DNA from: an uncultured bacterium
GTDB taxonomy: Bacteria > Chloroflexota > UBA5177 > JANWHV01
NCBI GenBank assembly: GCA_963827235.1
Contig: CAWHAE010000012.1
Span: forward strand, 1,184,001 to 1,248,000
Direction of reading: 5' to 3'
Length of the DNA: 64,000 bases
Shown here in pieces: positions 38,322-49,029 of the stretch. Within the stretch, counting starts at the first letter, position 1; every line of letters starts with the position of its first letter. Under the pieces are notes generated by a model. That model searched no databases. It was given only the letters and a program-made list of their open reading frames with translations, and was not told the origin of the DNA. Position numbers and translations under genes: made by a program.

Positions 38322-39557
38322 ATGAAAGTCCCGCTCTACGCGCAACTGTATACTCACCTGATCGATGACATCAGGTCCGGGCGATTGCGGCCCGGCGACC
38401 GCGTGGCGACAGAAAAGCAGCTCGCCGCGCAATTCGGCGTCAGCCGGATCACGTCAAAGCGGGCGCTCGAGGAGCTGGTGCGGCTCAGGGTGGTCGAGCG
38501 GACGCGCGGCAAAGGCTCGTTCGTCGCGGCTACGCTACCCGATCTCGACCGGCTGAATCTGTCCGGCGGCGACGAGGCCTTACCGTCCCGGGGAGGAAGC
38601 ACCAAGACCGCTACAGTGTGCCTGGTCATGCCCGATTTCAGTGATGCCTACGGCGTGGCGTTGCTGCACGCCGTCGAGGCCCGCGTCTCTTCCCAGAACG
38701 CACTCCTCGTGCTCAAACGCACGTACGGAGAGCGCGAACAGGAGCAGGCGGCGATCCGCCGGTTCGTCGAGAGCGGTGGCGATGGGCTGATGGTCATGCC
38801 GGTGCACGGGGAGTTCTACAACGAGCAGCTGCTGCGCCTCGTGGTGGAGTCGTTCCCCCTCGTCATGGTCGACCGCTACCTGAAGGGCATCGCGACCTGC
38901 GCCGTGTACACCGACAACAGGCAGGCGGCGTACGAGCTTACCACGCATCTGCTGACCCGCGGGCACGAGCACCTGGCTTTTCTGTCCCCTCCCCTCGAGG
39001 GCACGTCCAGCATCGAGGAACGGTTCGACGGCTTCAGTGCCGCCTGTGCCGAGCACGGCATCGCGCCGCGCTCGCAGTACAAGCTGACCAGTCTGCTGAG
39101 CACTCTCCCGCGAGCCTTCCACGGCGAGAAGATTCTCACCGACGAAGAGAAGCTGCGCACCTTTATGGTGGAAAACCCCCAGATTACCGCGTTCCTGGCA
39201 GAAGAATACAACATCGCCTTGATCCTCGCCCAGGTACTGGCTTCGCTGGGCAAGCACGTGCCCGCCGACTGCTCGGTCGTATGCTTTGACTCACCCGAGG
39301 ATCCGTTTGGACCGCCGGCGTTCACCCACATCGAGCAGGACGAATCGACCATGGGAGAGATGGCCGTGGATCTGTTGATGGCGCAGCTTCGCGGCGAGCC
39401 GGTGCCGCCCCGCACGATGGTGCCGTTCCGCCTGGTGGAAGGGCGCTCGACGCGCCATGCCGGGCATAGCCTCGATCCCGGCCTTGCGGCGACCGCCGGT
39501 TCGACGCTCACCGGCTTCCCTGCGCTGACCGTCGCCGCCAAGAGTTCCTCGGCCTGA
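38322..39557 (+). CDS. GntR-HTH / LacI-type sensor transcriptional regulator (AraR-like)
   Basis: PLYAQL...TEKQLAAQFGVSRITSKRAL...RGKGSFV, then a periplasmic-binding fold (FPLVMVDR, VYTDN, SVVCFD). Confidence 0.92.
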   Translation: MKVPLYAQLYTHLIDDIRSGRLRPGDRVATEKQLAAQFGVSRITSKRALEELVRLRVVERTRGKGSFVAATLPDLDRLNLSGGDEALPSRGGSTKTATVCLVMPDFSDAYGVALLHAVEARVSSQNALLVLKRTYGEREQEQAAIRRFVESGGDGLMVMPVHGEFYNEQLLRLVVESFPLVMVDRYLKGIATCAVYTDNRQAAYELTTHLLTRGHEHLAFLSPPLEGTSSIEERFDGFSAACAEHGIAPRSQYKLTSLLSTLPRAFHGEKILTDEEKLRTFMVENPQITAFLAEEYNIALILAQVLASLGKHVPADCSVVCFDSPEDPFGPPAFTHIEQDESTMGEMAVDLLMAQLRGEPVPPRTMVPFRLVEGRSTRHAGHSLDPGLAATAGSTLTGFPALTVAAKSSSA

Positions 39558-39819
39558 CTCCGTGGTCGCGCGCGTCCTCGCGCAGAGGTCGCGTGGAAGC
39601 AGACGCGCAGACCATGGGAGCACGATCGTTCTCATTGCCGGCGCCGGCCCGGCGGGCCGCGTCGGTGCATGCGCATGAGGTGCCGACCGCGCTGACCAGG
39701 CGTCGCTTCCTTCCACCACCCCCACGGCGCGCGCATGACCGGAGGCAGCCGTCAGTCAGCTCACGCGCCGAGCACATATCCTGCCGGCCACGAGTATGTG
39801 TTTTCGAGATCAAGATATA

Positions 39820-39849
39820 TTGACATGCTATATATGCAAAGAGTATAGT
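39820..39849 (+). promoter_or_regulatory. Promoter of the glycoside ABC operon, with a 13-bp element shared (inverted) with the regulator's upstream region
   Basis: TTGACA-18-TATAGT. tgcaaagagtata (39835-39847) is the reverse complement of tatactctttgca (38283-38295). Confidence 0.6.
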
Positions 39850-39972
39850 TGGTCGCGTGAATCCCTAAGGCATCGCGCAAGGCACACGACCGCGCGGGCC
39901 GCGGACGGCCGGAGGACCCGGCGCGGCAGCCCGCCGACGATGGTGATGGCAAGTGGGCGAGGGAGACCAACC

Positions 39973-40971
39973 TTGGCGAAGATGCATACGTCGCACTCCG
40001 GCATCGTCCTGGCAGGCTCTCCCGGGCAAGGCGCCCCCCGGCGCCGCATCTGGCGCCGCCGCGAAACACTGATCGGCTATCTGTTTGTCCTGCCTTCAAT
40101 CATTGGCCTTACCTGCTTCGTCCTCTATCCCCTGGTTGCGGCGGCCTATCTTTCGTTCACAAACTGGACAGTCTCCACCGATCCTGTGTTCGTCGGTCTC
40201 GACAACTTCCGCACGATGTTCCAGCAAGACCAGTCGTTCTGGCCGTCCCTGCGGGCCACCGGGATTTACACTTTGCTGACCGTGACCGGGACGCTTATCC
40301 TCGGGCTGCTGGTGGCCACCCTGGTCAACCGCGATGTCCCCGGCATCAAGCTGTACCGCACGCTGCTCTATCTGCCCGCCATCGTGCCCGTGGTGGCGAC
40401 CATGGAGCTGTGGAAGCTGATCTATGACCCTCAGATCGGCCTTGCCAACCAGCTGCTGGACGATCTGCACCTGCCTACCAGCCTCTGGATGGGAAGCTAC
40501 GTGATGGCCATGCCGGCCATGGTCGTGGTCAACCTGTGGGGCGTGGGCGCCACCATGATTATCTTCCTGGCCGGTCTGCAGGCCGTGCCCGAGCAGCTCT
40601 ACGAGGCGGCACGCATCGATGGCGCCGGACGGCCGTCTATCTTCTTCCACCTCACACTGCCTATGATCTCGCCCATTCTGTTCCTGCAACTGGTCACCCA
40701 GTCCATTGCCGCCCTCCAGGCGTTCACACAGCCCGCGCTGCTCAGCGTGCCGCAAACGACCGGCAGCGGGGTGCTGGGAGGTCCCGGATTCACCACGAAC
40801 CTCTTCATGTACAGCATTTACTCGAACGGCTTCGGCGGCCTCGACGCGGTGCCGCAGATGGGCTATGCGGTAGCACAGGTGTGGGTGTTGTTTGCCATCA
40901 TCCTGGCGTTTACCGTCGTCCTGTTCCGCGTCTCCTCATTCTGGGTATTTGCGGAAAGCAGCCTCGATTAG
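39973..40971 (+). CDS. Carbohydrate ABC transporter permease 1 (CUT1)
   Basis: GYLFVLPS, FVGLDNF and the EAA motif LYEAARIDGA. Start is TTG 39973 or ATG 39982. Confidence 0.92.
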   Translation: MAKMHTSHSGIVLAGSPGQGAPRRRIWRRRETLIGYLFVLPSIIGLTCFVLYPLVAAAYLSFTNWTVSTDPVFVGLDNFRTMFQQDQSFWPSLRATGIYTLLTVTGTLILGLLVATLVNRDVPGIKLYRTLLYLPAIVPVVATMELWKLIYDPQIGLANQLLDDLHLPTSLWMGSYVMAMPAMVVVNLWGVGATMIIFLAGLQAVPEQLYEAARIDGAGRPSIFFHLTLPMISPILFLQLVTQSIAALQAFTQPALLSVPQTTGSGVLGGPGFTTNLFMYSIYSNGFGGLDAVPQMGYAVAQVWVLFAIILAFTVVLFRVSSFWVFAESSLD

Positions 40972-41030
40972 CGTTGCCGAACATGGTCACATGCACTCGC
41001 ACCCGATGAAGGGTTGGGGAGAAAGTCGAC

Positions 41031-41927
41031 ATGGCAGTGATGCAGGCGGCGGGCCGGCCACCCACGGTAATGAAGCAGCACCGGCGGAAGGTCCACAGGT
41101 TCGACGCAGCCGTGTACGTGCTCATCGTGCTGCTCAGCCTCACGACGATGGTCCCTATCGGCTGGATGCTGACCACCGCGCTCAAGAGCAAGGCAGCGCT
41201 GTATGCCTATCCGCCGCAGTTCTTCCCGCACGAGTTTCATTGGGAGAACTTCGTCGACGGTGCGAAGGCCATCGACTTTGGGCGACTCTTCTTCAACTCT
41301 TGCGTGATCACCAGCTTGACGGTGATCGGAGCGGTTTTCAGCTCCAGTCTGGTGGGCTACGGTCTCTCGCGCATTCGCTTTCCCGGCCGCAAGGTGCTGT
41401 TCTATGCCTTCATCGGCAGCATGATGCTGCCGGGAATCGTCAGCCTTTTCCCTCTGTTCTACGTGTACGTGAAAATCGGCTGGTATAACACCTGGCTGCC
41501 GCTCATCGTGCCGGCCTTCTTCGGCAACCCGTTCTTCATATTCCTGGCACGGCAGTACTACATGGGGATTCCGCTTGATTACGACGAAGCCGCCAAGATA
41601 GACGGCGCCAATCACCTGACCATCTTTCTGCGCATCATGATGCCGCTCACGCGCCCGGCGTGGATCACCATGGGTATCCTAGCCTTCCAGGCCTCGTGGA
41701 ACGACTACCTCAATCCGCTGGTGTACCTGTACGACAGCGATAAGTGGCCGCTCTCCGTAGGCATGGCCAGCTTCGCAGGCGGATTTGCCGGCGTCGCGGT
41801 CACGGCCTGGAACCAGTACATGGCGACCAATGTGCTCTACCTGCTGCCGTCGCTGGCCATCTTCTTCGTGGCCCAGAAGTACTTCATGCAGGGGCTGAGC
41901 GCACTTGGAACGTCCAACCTCAAGTGA
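41031..41927 (+). CDS. Carbohydrate ABC transporter permease 2
   Basis: YDEAAKIDGA and FQASWNDYLNPL. Confidence 0.93.
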   Translation: MAVMQAAGRPPTVMKQHRRKVHRFDAAVYVLIVLLSLTTMVPIGWMLTTALKSKAALYAYPPQFFPHEFHWENFVDGAKAIDFGRLFFNSCVITSLTVIGAVFSSSLVGYGLSRIRFPGRKVLFYAFIGSMMLPGIVSLFPLFYVYVKIGWYNTWLPLIVPAFFGNPFFIFLARQYYMGIPLDYDEAAKIDGANHLTIFLRIMMPLTRPAWITMGILAFQASWNDYLNPLVYLYDSDKWPLSVGMASFAGGFAGVAVTAWNQYMATNVLYLLPSLAIFFVAQKYFMQGLSALGTSNLK

Positions 41928-42059
41928 CGCCCGATCGTCTCACGACAAGGCGGCACTGTCGCTAGTAGAGGAGGTGGCCAACGGTGAGCTGAATCGAGCC
42001 CAAGGACACACGTCGAGACTTCGCGCGTTCCTCATCCGTACGGATTCACTAGGAGATAG

Positions 42060-43385
42060 GTGATGAGCTTGAGTAAGCGGGTTTTATCGCTTGGCGCGTC
42101 GGTCGCGCTAACGGCGATGCTGGTAGCCACGAGCAGTGTCAGCGCCGCGCCCCGTCTGGCTACGGCAAGCCACGATACCGTCACGGTCACCCTGATGACC
42201 TGGGAAACACCGGCGACCAACGCTCTGATCGACAAGGCAATGGCGACATTCATGGCCTCGCACCCCACGATCAAGGTCCAGCGCCTGGCCAGCCCGTCGT
42301 CCAACTACGCCCAGAAGCTCTCCTCCATGATCGTGGCTCATAAGCTGCCCGATCTGTTCTGGGCAGGCAACGACACCGCGCTGCAGTACGGCAAGGAAGG
42401 CATTCTCTACGACTGGACGTCGTATTCGCAGAAGAAGACCGCCGACTTCGACATCAAGAACTTCGCGCCCGCCGCGGTCGCGAACTGGACGTTGGACGGG
42501 CACCTCTATGGCTTGCCGTCTCTCATGAACACCTACGGCGTCTGGTACAACCAGTCGCTGCTCCAGGCGGCAGGGGTGTCCGTGCCGAAGCTGGGCTGGA
42601 CCTTCCAGGAAATGCTGCACGACGCGCAGGTGCTCGCCGCGAAGGAAACCGGCTCCGGACCCCATTTCGGTCTGATCGCGCCGCCCGACAGCCCGTTCGA
42701 CATCGGCGAGTACTCCGTGTCTGCCGGTGGCGCACCGTTCGTGAACGACATCGTCAACCCGACCAGCGTCACGGCGAGCCCGCAGTTCATTCAGGGCACG
42801 ACCCTGCTGGCTCAAGCCGTGCAGAAGGGTTACGTCTCTCCGCCCAGCTATGACTCGAGCAATTCGGCCACCGACTTCGCTGGCGGCAAGGTTCCCATGC
42901 TCTTCGGCGGCCAGTGGCTCGCCGCGGGCTGGCTGCTCAGCCCGCCCAAGTTCAAGTTCGGCTTCACCTCCTATCCCATCGTGACCAAGCGCACCCAGCC
43001 GTACGACGCGGTAGGCATCGTTTCGCCGAAGGGCATCTCCAACCCGGACGCCGTGTGGCAGGTGCTGCAATACCTGGATACGACCGCCTGGGAGACCATC
43101 CTGCCGGCGTCCCCCGTCGCCCCGGCCGCTTACTCGCCTGCCTCCGGGCCGTACTTCAGCAAGCTGAAGGCAGCCGGTCTGACCTCGATCGCCGACGCGG
43201 TCACCTATGAGATGCAGAGCCCGATAAAGGGTGCCATTCGCTTCAACCCCACCTGGGCCTCGCAGGCCAACACCGTGATCACGGCGCAGTGGAACGACAT
43301 CTTGATGGGCAAGACGCCTGTCGCGCAGGGTTGCGCATCCATGGTCAAGGCGATCAATCAGGTGATCTCGTCTCAGAAGCACTAG
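42060..43385 (+). CDS. Carbohydrate ABC substrate-binding protein
   Basis: Signal peptide, HPTIKV, LPDLF, LYGLP and VWYNQSLL. Confidence 0.92.
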   Translation: MMSLSKRVLSLGASVALTAMLVATSSVSAAPRLATASHDTVTVTLMTWETPATNALIDKAMATFMASHPTIKVQRLASPSSNYAQKLSSMIVAHKLPDLFWAGNDTALQYGKEGILYDWTSYSQKKTADFDIKNFAPAAVANWTLDGHLYGLPSLMNTYGVWYNQSLLQAAGVSVPKLGWTFQEMLHDAQVLAAKETGSGPHFGLIAPPDSPFDIGEYSVSAGGAPFVNDIVNPTSVTASPQFIQGTTLLAQAVQKGYVSPPSYDSSNSATDFAGGKVPMLFGGQWLAAGWLLSPPKFKFGFTSYPIVTKRTQPYDAVGIVSPKGISNPDAVWQVLQYLDTTAWETILPASPVAPAAYSPASGPYFSKLKAAGLTSIADAVTYEMQSPIKGAIRFNPTWASQANTVITAQWNDILMGKTPVAQGCASMVKAINQVISSQKH

Positions 43386-43429
43386 ACGGTCACCCATCGC
43401 CTCTCGCGAGGCGATAGTGTGGTCCTGTC

Positions 43430-43463
43430 GGGGGCGTCTCCGGCTCCGGAGACGCCCCCCTTT
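43430..43463 (+). terminator. Strong hairpin after the SBP gene (partial terminator or mRNA stabiliser)
   Basis: gggggcgtctccgg-ct-ccggagacgccccc followed by cttt. Confidence 0.65.
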
Positions 43464-43536
43464 CGCCGAGTCGACTCGGTAGCACCGCGCAAGAGCTCAC
43501 GTCCCACGCCCCGGAAAAGGAGGAGATCCCACTACG

Positions 43537-44835
43537 ATGCCACGATACGCGGCTGTCTACGACGTGATCGGCGACATCCAGCGTCGACTGGCCGATTGGC
43601 CCGAGGTAGCCGCGCTGTTCGCGCGGTGCTACCCGAACACGCTGGAGACGACCGTCGACATGTCCGATGATGGCACTGCCTTCGTCGCGACCGGGGATAT
43701 CCCGGCCATGTGGCTTCGCGATTCGTCCGCGCAAGTCGCGCCGTACATGTCGCTGGCCCGCCACGATCCCGACGTCCGCCACCTGATTGGCGGGCTCATT
43801 CGACGCCACGTCACGTGCATCCTCCGAGACCCCTATGCCAACGCCTTCAATCGTGAGCCGACCGGCTCCGGCCACCCCGGGGATCGGCCGCACGCCGGCC
43901 CGTGGGTCTGGGAACGCAAGTTCGAGCTCGATTCGCTCTGCCATACCCTCAAGCTTTGCCACGACTATTGGCGCGTCACGGAAGACGCGTCGATCTTCAC
44001 GGCCGATCTGCACCGGGCACTGACCGTGATCCTCGAGGTGATGCAGGTCGAGCAGCACCACGATCGCGATTCGACCTACCAGTTTGAGCGGCCGGATCCT
44101 TTGCTTCCCACCGACAGCCTGCCGCGAGACGGTCGGGGCACGGAAACGGCGTACACGGGCATGGTCTGGTCCGGATTCCGGCCCAGCGACGATCGCTGCA
44201 CCTATGGCTACCTCATTCCAGCCAACATGTTCGCGGTCGTGTCACTGCGCTGCCTGGCCGAGATGGCACGCGACGCCTATGCCGATACCGGTCTAGCGGC
44301 AGGTGCCGAGCAGCTGCGAAGGCAGATCGATGTCGGCATACAGCACCACGGCATCGTCGAGCACCGGCAGTACGGCCTGATCTACGCCTACGAGACGGAC
44401 GGTTTCGGCAATTACGGTCTCATGGACGACGCCAACGTGCCCAGCCTGCTCTCCATACCGTATCTGGGCTATCGACCGGCCGACGATGCCATCTATCAGA
44501 ACACGCGCCGCTTCATTCTCAGCACGGACAATCCCTATTACTACGTGGGCCGTCACGCTCACGGCATCGGCAGCCCACATACGCCCGCCGGCTATGTCTG
44601 GCCGATCGCGCTGGCCATGCAGGGTCTCACGACCACGGATCCGTCCGAGCGGGAGCAACTGGCGCGCATGCTGGCCGGCACGACCGCCGGCACCAACTTC
44701 ATGCATGAGAGTTTCGACCCGGACGATCCTGCCAGGTTCACCCGATCATGGTTCGCCTGGGCTAACAGTCTCTTTGGTGAGTTCATCTTGAGCCTGGCGC
44801 CGGCAGGAGCGCCGGCTCTGCGGTCCGAAGCCTGA
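43537..44835 (+). CDS. Glycoside hydrolase family 125 (exo-alpha-1,6-mannosidase)
   Basis: TGDIPAMWLRDS, DPYANAF, WERKFELDSL, GFRPSDD, MDDANVPSLL, MHESF and FTRSWFAWANSLF. Confidence 0.95.
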   Translation: MPRYAAVYDVIGDIQRRLADWPEVAALFARCYPNTLETTVDMSDDGTAFVATGDIPAMWLRDSSAQVAPYMSLARHDPDVRHLIGGLIRRHVTCILRDPYANAFNREPTGSGHPGDRPHAGPWVWERKFELDSLCHTLKLCHDYWRVTEDASIFTADLHRALTVILEVMQVEQHHDRDSTYQFERPDPLLPTDSLPRDGRGTETAYTGMVWSGFRPSDDRCTYGYLIPANMFAVVSLRCLAEMARDAYADTGLAAGAEQLRRQIDVGIQHHGIVEHRQYGLIYAYETDGFGNYGLMDDANVPSLLSIPYLGYRPADDAIYQNTRRFILSTDNPYYYVGRHAHGIGSPHTPAGYVWPIALAMQGLTTTDPSEREQLARMLAGTTAGTNFMHESFDPDDPARFTRSWFAWANSLFGEFILSLAPAGAPALRSEA

Positions 44836-44862
44836 GTCGAAGTGGGGGATGAGGCAGCGCAG

Positions 44863-47082
44863 ATGATCGTTCACATGATTGGCAACGCGCACATCGATCC
44901 GATCTGGCTATGGCGCTGGGAGGCGGGGGTCGACGAGGCGGTGGCGTCCTTTGCCTCGGCTGCCCAGCGCTGCGACGAATATCCGGAGTTCGTCTACACG
45001 CGAGGCGAAGCCTGGCTGTACCAGCAGGTGGAGCGCGTCGCTCCGGACCTGTTTGCGCGGGTGAGGGAGCTGGTGGCGGCCGGCCGCTGGCACATCACGG
45101 GCGGCCAGTACATTCAGCCCGACGCCAATGCGCCGACCACGGAAGGCTGGCTTCGCCAATATACGCATGCCGGGCGCTACTTCCGGGACCGCTTCGGTGT
45201 GAAGCCCACGATCGGCTACAACGTCGACACCTTCGGCCACGCGGCCACCATTCCCGACATGCTGGCGCCGCTCGGCTACCGCGGCTACGTGTTCTCGCGT
45301 CCGGACAGGCACCAGATCGCGCTGCCGGCGCAGACCTTCCGATGGCGCGGCCCGGGCGGGGCCGAGCTGATTGGCTTCCGCATTGAGCCCGCCTATCTCA
45401 CGCATACGCCCGATCTGTACGACCAGATCATGGCTGCCGTCGAGTCCGCCGATCCCTCGCTCGGCCACACCATGTGTTTCTACGGTGTCGGCAATCATGG
45501 GGGCGGTCCGACCAAGGCCAATATCGAGTACATCCTGGCCCATGCCCGCTCGCTCGAGGGCATCGAGCTGCGCTTCAGCACGCCCGAGGCATTTGTCGAC
45601 GCGGTGTTGCCGCACAGGAATAGCTTGCCCGTGGTCGAGGAAGAGCTGCAGAAGTGCTTCCCCGGTTGCTTCAGCGTGATGCACGACATCAAGCAGCAGC
45701 AGCGGCGCGGCGAGCATCTGCTCGAGCAGGCGGCGCGCGCGGTCGACGTGCTTGCCGGCGACGGCGCGGAGCGAGCGGAGTATCATGCCAGGTTGGACAA
45801 AGCCTGGGAAGATCTGCTCTTCGTCCAGTTCCACGATATCCTGTCCGGCACGGCCGTGCCCTCTGCCTATCCCTCGGTACGCGCCATGCAGGGCCGAGCC
45901 CAGATCACGGCCGAAGAGATCATTACCGAGGTGACCAGGCGTTGGACGCGCACTGCCTTGCCGCGCATCAACCAGCAGCAGATCGTGTTCGTGAACCCGG
46001 ATGCCGATCCCTGGACAGGCATGGTCGAAGTGGAGCCGTTCCTCGACTTCGACCGCTGGGGCGATCGCTGGGTGAGCGACCTCGAGGGCCGGCCGATTCC
46101 GTTCCAGCCCGTGCAGTCCGAGGCTCGCCTGCTGGTCAGTCGCATCCTCTTGCCGGTCCGGGTGGCGGCGGGCGCAGTCCAGCAGCTGCTCGTGCGCGAT
46201 GACGCGCTGCCCAATCCGCCGGAACAGCCGACCGATCTCGAGATCTCCGGCACACATCTCGCCAACGGGCATCTTCGCGTCGAGCTGGACAAGAAGGGGA
46301 TCGGGTCGGTCACGTTCCTGGGCCGGAATGTGCTCGGCGGCGACGGGCTGCGGCTGCACCTGCGCCACGACCACTCGAATACGTGGGGCGCCGGGAGCGA
46401 CAGGTTCGCGGAACCCGTGGATGCCGTGTTCGCGACCGACGGCTGGCTCATCGAGGAGACCGGCCCGCTCCGCGCGCGGGCCTATGCCGAGGGCAGGCTG
46501 GGCAGCTCGCCCGTTCTGTGGCAGGTCACGCTGCACGCGGGCGATCCCCGGCTGTACCTGCACCTGGAAACTACGTTCTGCGAGCACTATCGCCTGCTGC
46601 AGATGCCGATCGATCTGGCTTCCGCGCCGGCGAGCTGGCTGTGCGGGCTGGCAGGAGGGCAGATCACGCGCCTGCCCAGCGCCACGGAATGGCCCCTCCA
46701 GGGCTGGTCGACGGTACGGAGCGCAGGACTGGACGTAGGGCTGGTGACGGCCGACGCCTACAGCGCCAGCCTCGACGACAGGCGCTGGCAGTGGACGTTG
46801 CTGCGCAGTCCCAAGATGGCGTGGGGCGGCGACCGGGACAAGACGTTCTCCGGACGCGACTGGTACTCGGATCAGGGAGATCAGGCGTTCGACTTCGTGC
46901 TCCATTTCGGCGAGTGCCTCGAAGCGCGGGACCTGGAGCGCGCCGCTCGGCAGCAGGTGAGGTGCCCGATAGTATTCGATCGCTATGAAGGCATGAACAG
47001 GCCGGCGTACGGGGATCATCCGCCGCGTCACGTGCTCACAGAAAACGAGCATCGAGTCGCAGACAGGGCATCGAATCGGTGA
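44863..47082 (+). CDS. Glycoside hydrolase family 38 alpha-mannosidase
   Basis: IGNAHIDPIWLW, YNVDTFGH (nucleophile), YGVGNHGGGP and QFHDILSGT. Confidence 0.93.
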   Translation: MIVHMIGNAHIDPIWLWRWEAGVDEAVASFASAAQRCDEYPEFVYTRGEAWLYQQVERVAPDLFARVRELVAAGRWHITGGQYIQPDANAPTTEGWLRQYTHAGRYFRDRFGVKPTIGYNVDTFGHAATIPDMLAPLGYRGYVFSRPDRHQIALPAQTFRWRGPGGAELIGFRIEPAYLTHTPDLYDQIMAAVESADPSLGHTMCFYGVGNHGGGPTKANIEYILAHARSLEGIELRFSTPEAFVDAVLPHRNSLPVVEEELQKCFPGCFSVMHDIKQQQRRGEHLLEQAARAVDVLAGDGAERAEYHARLDKAWEDLLFVQFHDILSGTAVPSAYPSVRAMQGRAQITAEEIITEVTRRWTRTALPRINQQQIVFVNPDADPWTGMVEVEPFLDFDRWGDRWVSDLEGRPIPFQPVQSEARLLVSRILLPVRVAAGAVQQLLVRDDALPNPPEQPTDLEISGTHLANGHLRVELDKKGIGSVTFLGRNVLGGDGLRLHLRHDHSNTWGAGSDRFAEPVDAVFATDGWLIEETGPLRARAYAEGRLGSSPVLWQVTLHAGDPRLYLHLETTFCEHYRLLQMPIDLASAPASWLCGLAGGQITRLPSATEWPLQGWSTVRSAGLDVGLVTADAYSASLDDRRWQWTLLRSPKMAWGGDRDKTFSGRDWYSDQGDQAFDFVLHFGECLEARDLERAARQQVRCPIVFDRYEGMNRPAYGDHPPRHVLTENEHRVADRASNR

Positions 47083-47157
47083 TATTGTCCGCCGCAGGGC
47101 GGTGCACCGCGGTACAGTTGCCTGGGTAGCAAGAGAGTTGGGAAGGGTCCCCAAGGC

Positions 47158-48426
47158 GTGCCGAGGATCGATCGTCACTGGTTGTATCCACGTGCGAGCG
47201 CTGGTGCCGGTGACATCGACGAGGTCACGGAACACAACGTAGGATACCTGTATCGCGAGATTGCCTGGGCAGGTATCTCCAACGGCGTCCTGGGGGGTTT
47301 CCTCTCGATTTTCGCCCTCCGGCTGGGCGCGACGGCGTTTGAGGTGGGGTTGCTCACCACCGGCCCGGCAATCGCGGGCATTCTCGTACCGCTGCCTGCG
47401 TCAAGGCTGTTGCGCCGCATGTGGAGCAAGGCGGTGGTCTTCGCACCGCTGGCCATGTTCCGCATGGTCTTTGCCGTCGTAGCGGCGATTCCTCTGCTAC
47501 CGGGCCCGCTCCGTGTGCCGGTGCTGGTTTCCAGCTACACGCTGCTCGCCGCGCCGTCATGCTTCTTCAACACCGGGTTCGTGCCGCTCCTCGGCAAACT
47601 GCTGTCGAGGGACATACGAGCGCACGTAGTCGGCGTGCGCAACACCGTGGTCGGCCTCACCACCACGATTACGGTCCTCGCCGTAGGCAAGGTCCTGGAC
47701 GCCTTGCCCTTTCCGATCAACTTCCAGATCGTCTTTCTGATCGGGCTGGTCGCCGCCCAGACCAGCACCTTCTTGGTGTCGCACGTGCGCCTGCCCGCTC
47801 TCAACGAGCAGGCGCCGGCGGCACGCAACCCCGGCGAGGGCGAGGGAGCGCGGGCGAACACCCCACACACGAAGATGTTCTGGTGCCACACGATCAGTGC
47901 GGTCGTCTTCTCGCTCGGCATCGCCGTGCCCGCGGCGCTGTACCCGATCGTGCTGGTCGACAAGCTGCACGCCACCAACGGCTGGATCGGCGGACTGGCA
48001 ACTCTGACGAACCTCGCCAGCGTCGTGTGCACGCCTCTGTGGAGCCGGGCCGCCATGCGCCGGGGTAATCGCGTGGTGCTGGTCGCCGGCGCCATCGGCT
48101 TTACCCTGGTACCGCTCGGCGCCAGCCTTGTGCCCAGCGTCGCGGCATACGTACCCGTATCGCTCGGCATGGGCGCGTTCATGGCGGGCATCAATCTCGG
48201 TCTCTTCCAGTGCCTGCTGGACGTGGCACCCGAAAGCCGGCAGACCCACTACACTGCCATGTACTCCATGCTCGTGAATGGCGCCGGGGCGCTGGGCCCC
48301 TTGCTCGGCACTACCGTACTGGTCACCGTGGGAATGACGCAGGCATTCATGGTGGCGGAATTCTGCGTGCTCTTGGGAGGCGTGCTGTTCTGGTTGGTCG
48401 GCGCAGCGCTGTCGCCGCAGCGTTAA
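47158..48426 (+). CDS. MFS transporter
   Basis: About 12 hydrophobic segments, including FALRLGATAFEVGLL and GALGPLLG. Confidence 0.85.
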   Translation: MPRIDRHWLYPRASAGAGDIDEVTEHNVGYLYREIAWAGISNGVLGGFLSIFALRLGATAFEVGLLTTGPAIAGILVPLPASRLLRRMWSKAVVFAPLAMFRMVFAVVAAIPLLPGPLRVPVLVSSYTLLAAPSCFFNTGFVPLLGKLLSRDIRAHVVGVRNTVVGLTTTITVLAVGKVLDALPFPINFQIVFLIGLVAAQTSTFLVSHVRLPALNEQAPAARNPGEGEGARANTPHTKMFWCHTISAVVFSLGIAVPAALYPIVLVDKLHATNGWIGGLATLTNLASVVCTPLWSRAAMRRGNRVVLVAGAIGFTLVPLGASLVPSVAAYVPVSLGMGAFMAGINLGLFQCLLDVAPESRQTHYTAMYSMLVNGAGALGPLLGTTVLVTVGMTQAFMVAEFCVLLGGVLFWLVGAALSPQR

Positions 48427-48885
48427 TGGCGGACGCCACGATGCCGGCGACCGGCAACACACCCACTATGTTCGGAGAGGAGATCGCACTTGGCCCCCGA
48501 CTGTTTTGCGTCCGAAGTCCGCCCGGGCGCTTCCATGCCATTCGATCTGGAGGGGGCCGCGGTGCGGCTCAGCACGACGGGCCAGCGCGTACCCGGCTGG
48601 GTGATCGAGCAGAACTCGGCCGGCTCCGTGCCGTCCGGCCAGGATGCCGGCCCGGATCCGGAGTCGATCGCGCTCGTGCCCTACGGCTGCGCACGTCTGC
48701 GGATAGCCGAGTTCCCGGTCGCCGAGCGGACGCAAGCCGGCCGCCAGGGCGCCAGCCACGAGGCAGCGGCGGCATCCGGTCCGGACCAATCCGCCAGACA
48801 CCGGGACCCGGGCGAGCCGCCCCCAGCCCTGTCTCGCGGCGACAACCTGGATGCCGGCACGGCAACGCCACGGCGGCGCGTATGA
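48426..48885 (+). pseudogene. Deletion remnant of a GH127/GH146-like (beta-L-arabinofuranosidase-like) gene
   Basis: TAATG-coupled start MADATMPATGNTPTMFGEEIALG, then in another frame PFDLEGAAVRL...VPGWVIEQNSAG...IALVPYGCARLRIAEFP, which I recognise as the C-terminus of this family. The catalytic core is absent. Confidence 0.6.
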
Positions 48886-49029
48886 GCACAGGAGAAACGT
48901 GTCGCGGGCGGGGTGCACGCCCCGGCCGGCAGCTCGGGCAACAGTCAGCACCGCGGACCCGGTATTGTGCACGCCCGTGCACTCGCGGACGTCAATGCCC
49001 TGTATCTTTGTCTTGCATTGGAGGGCGCA

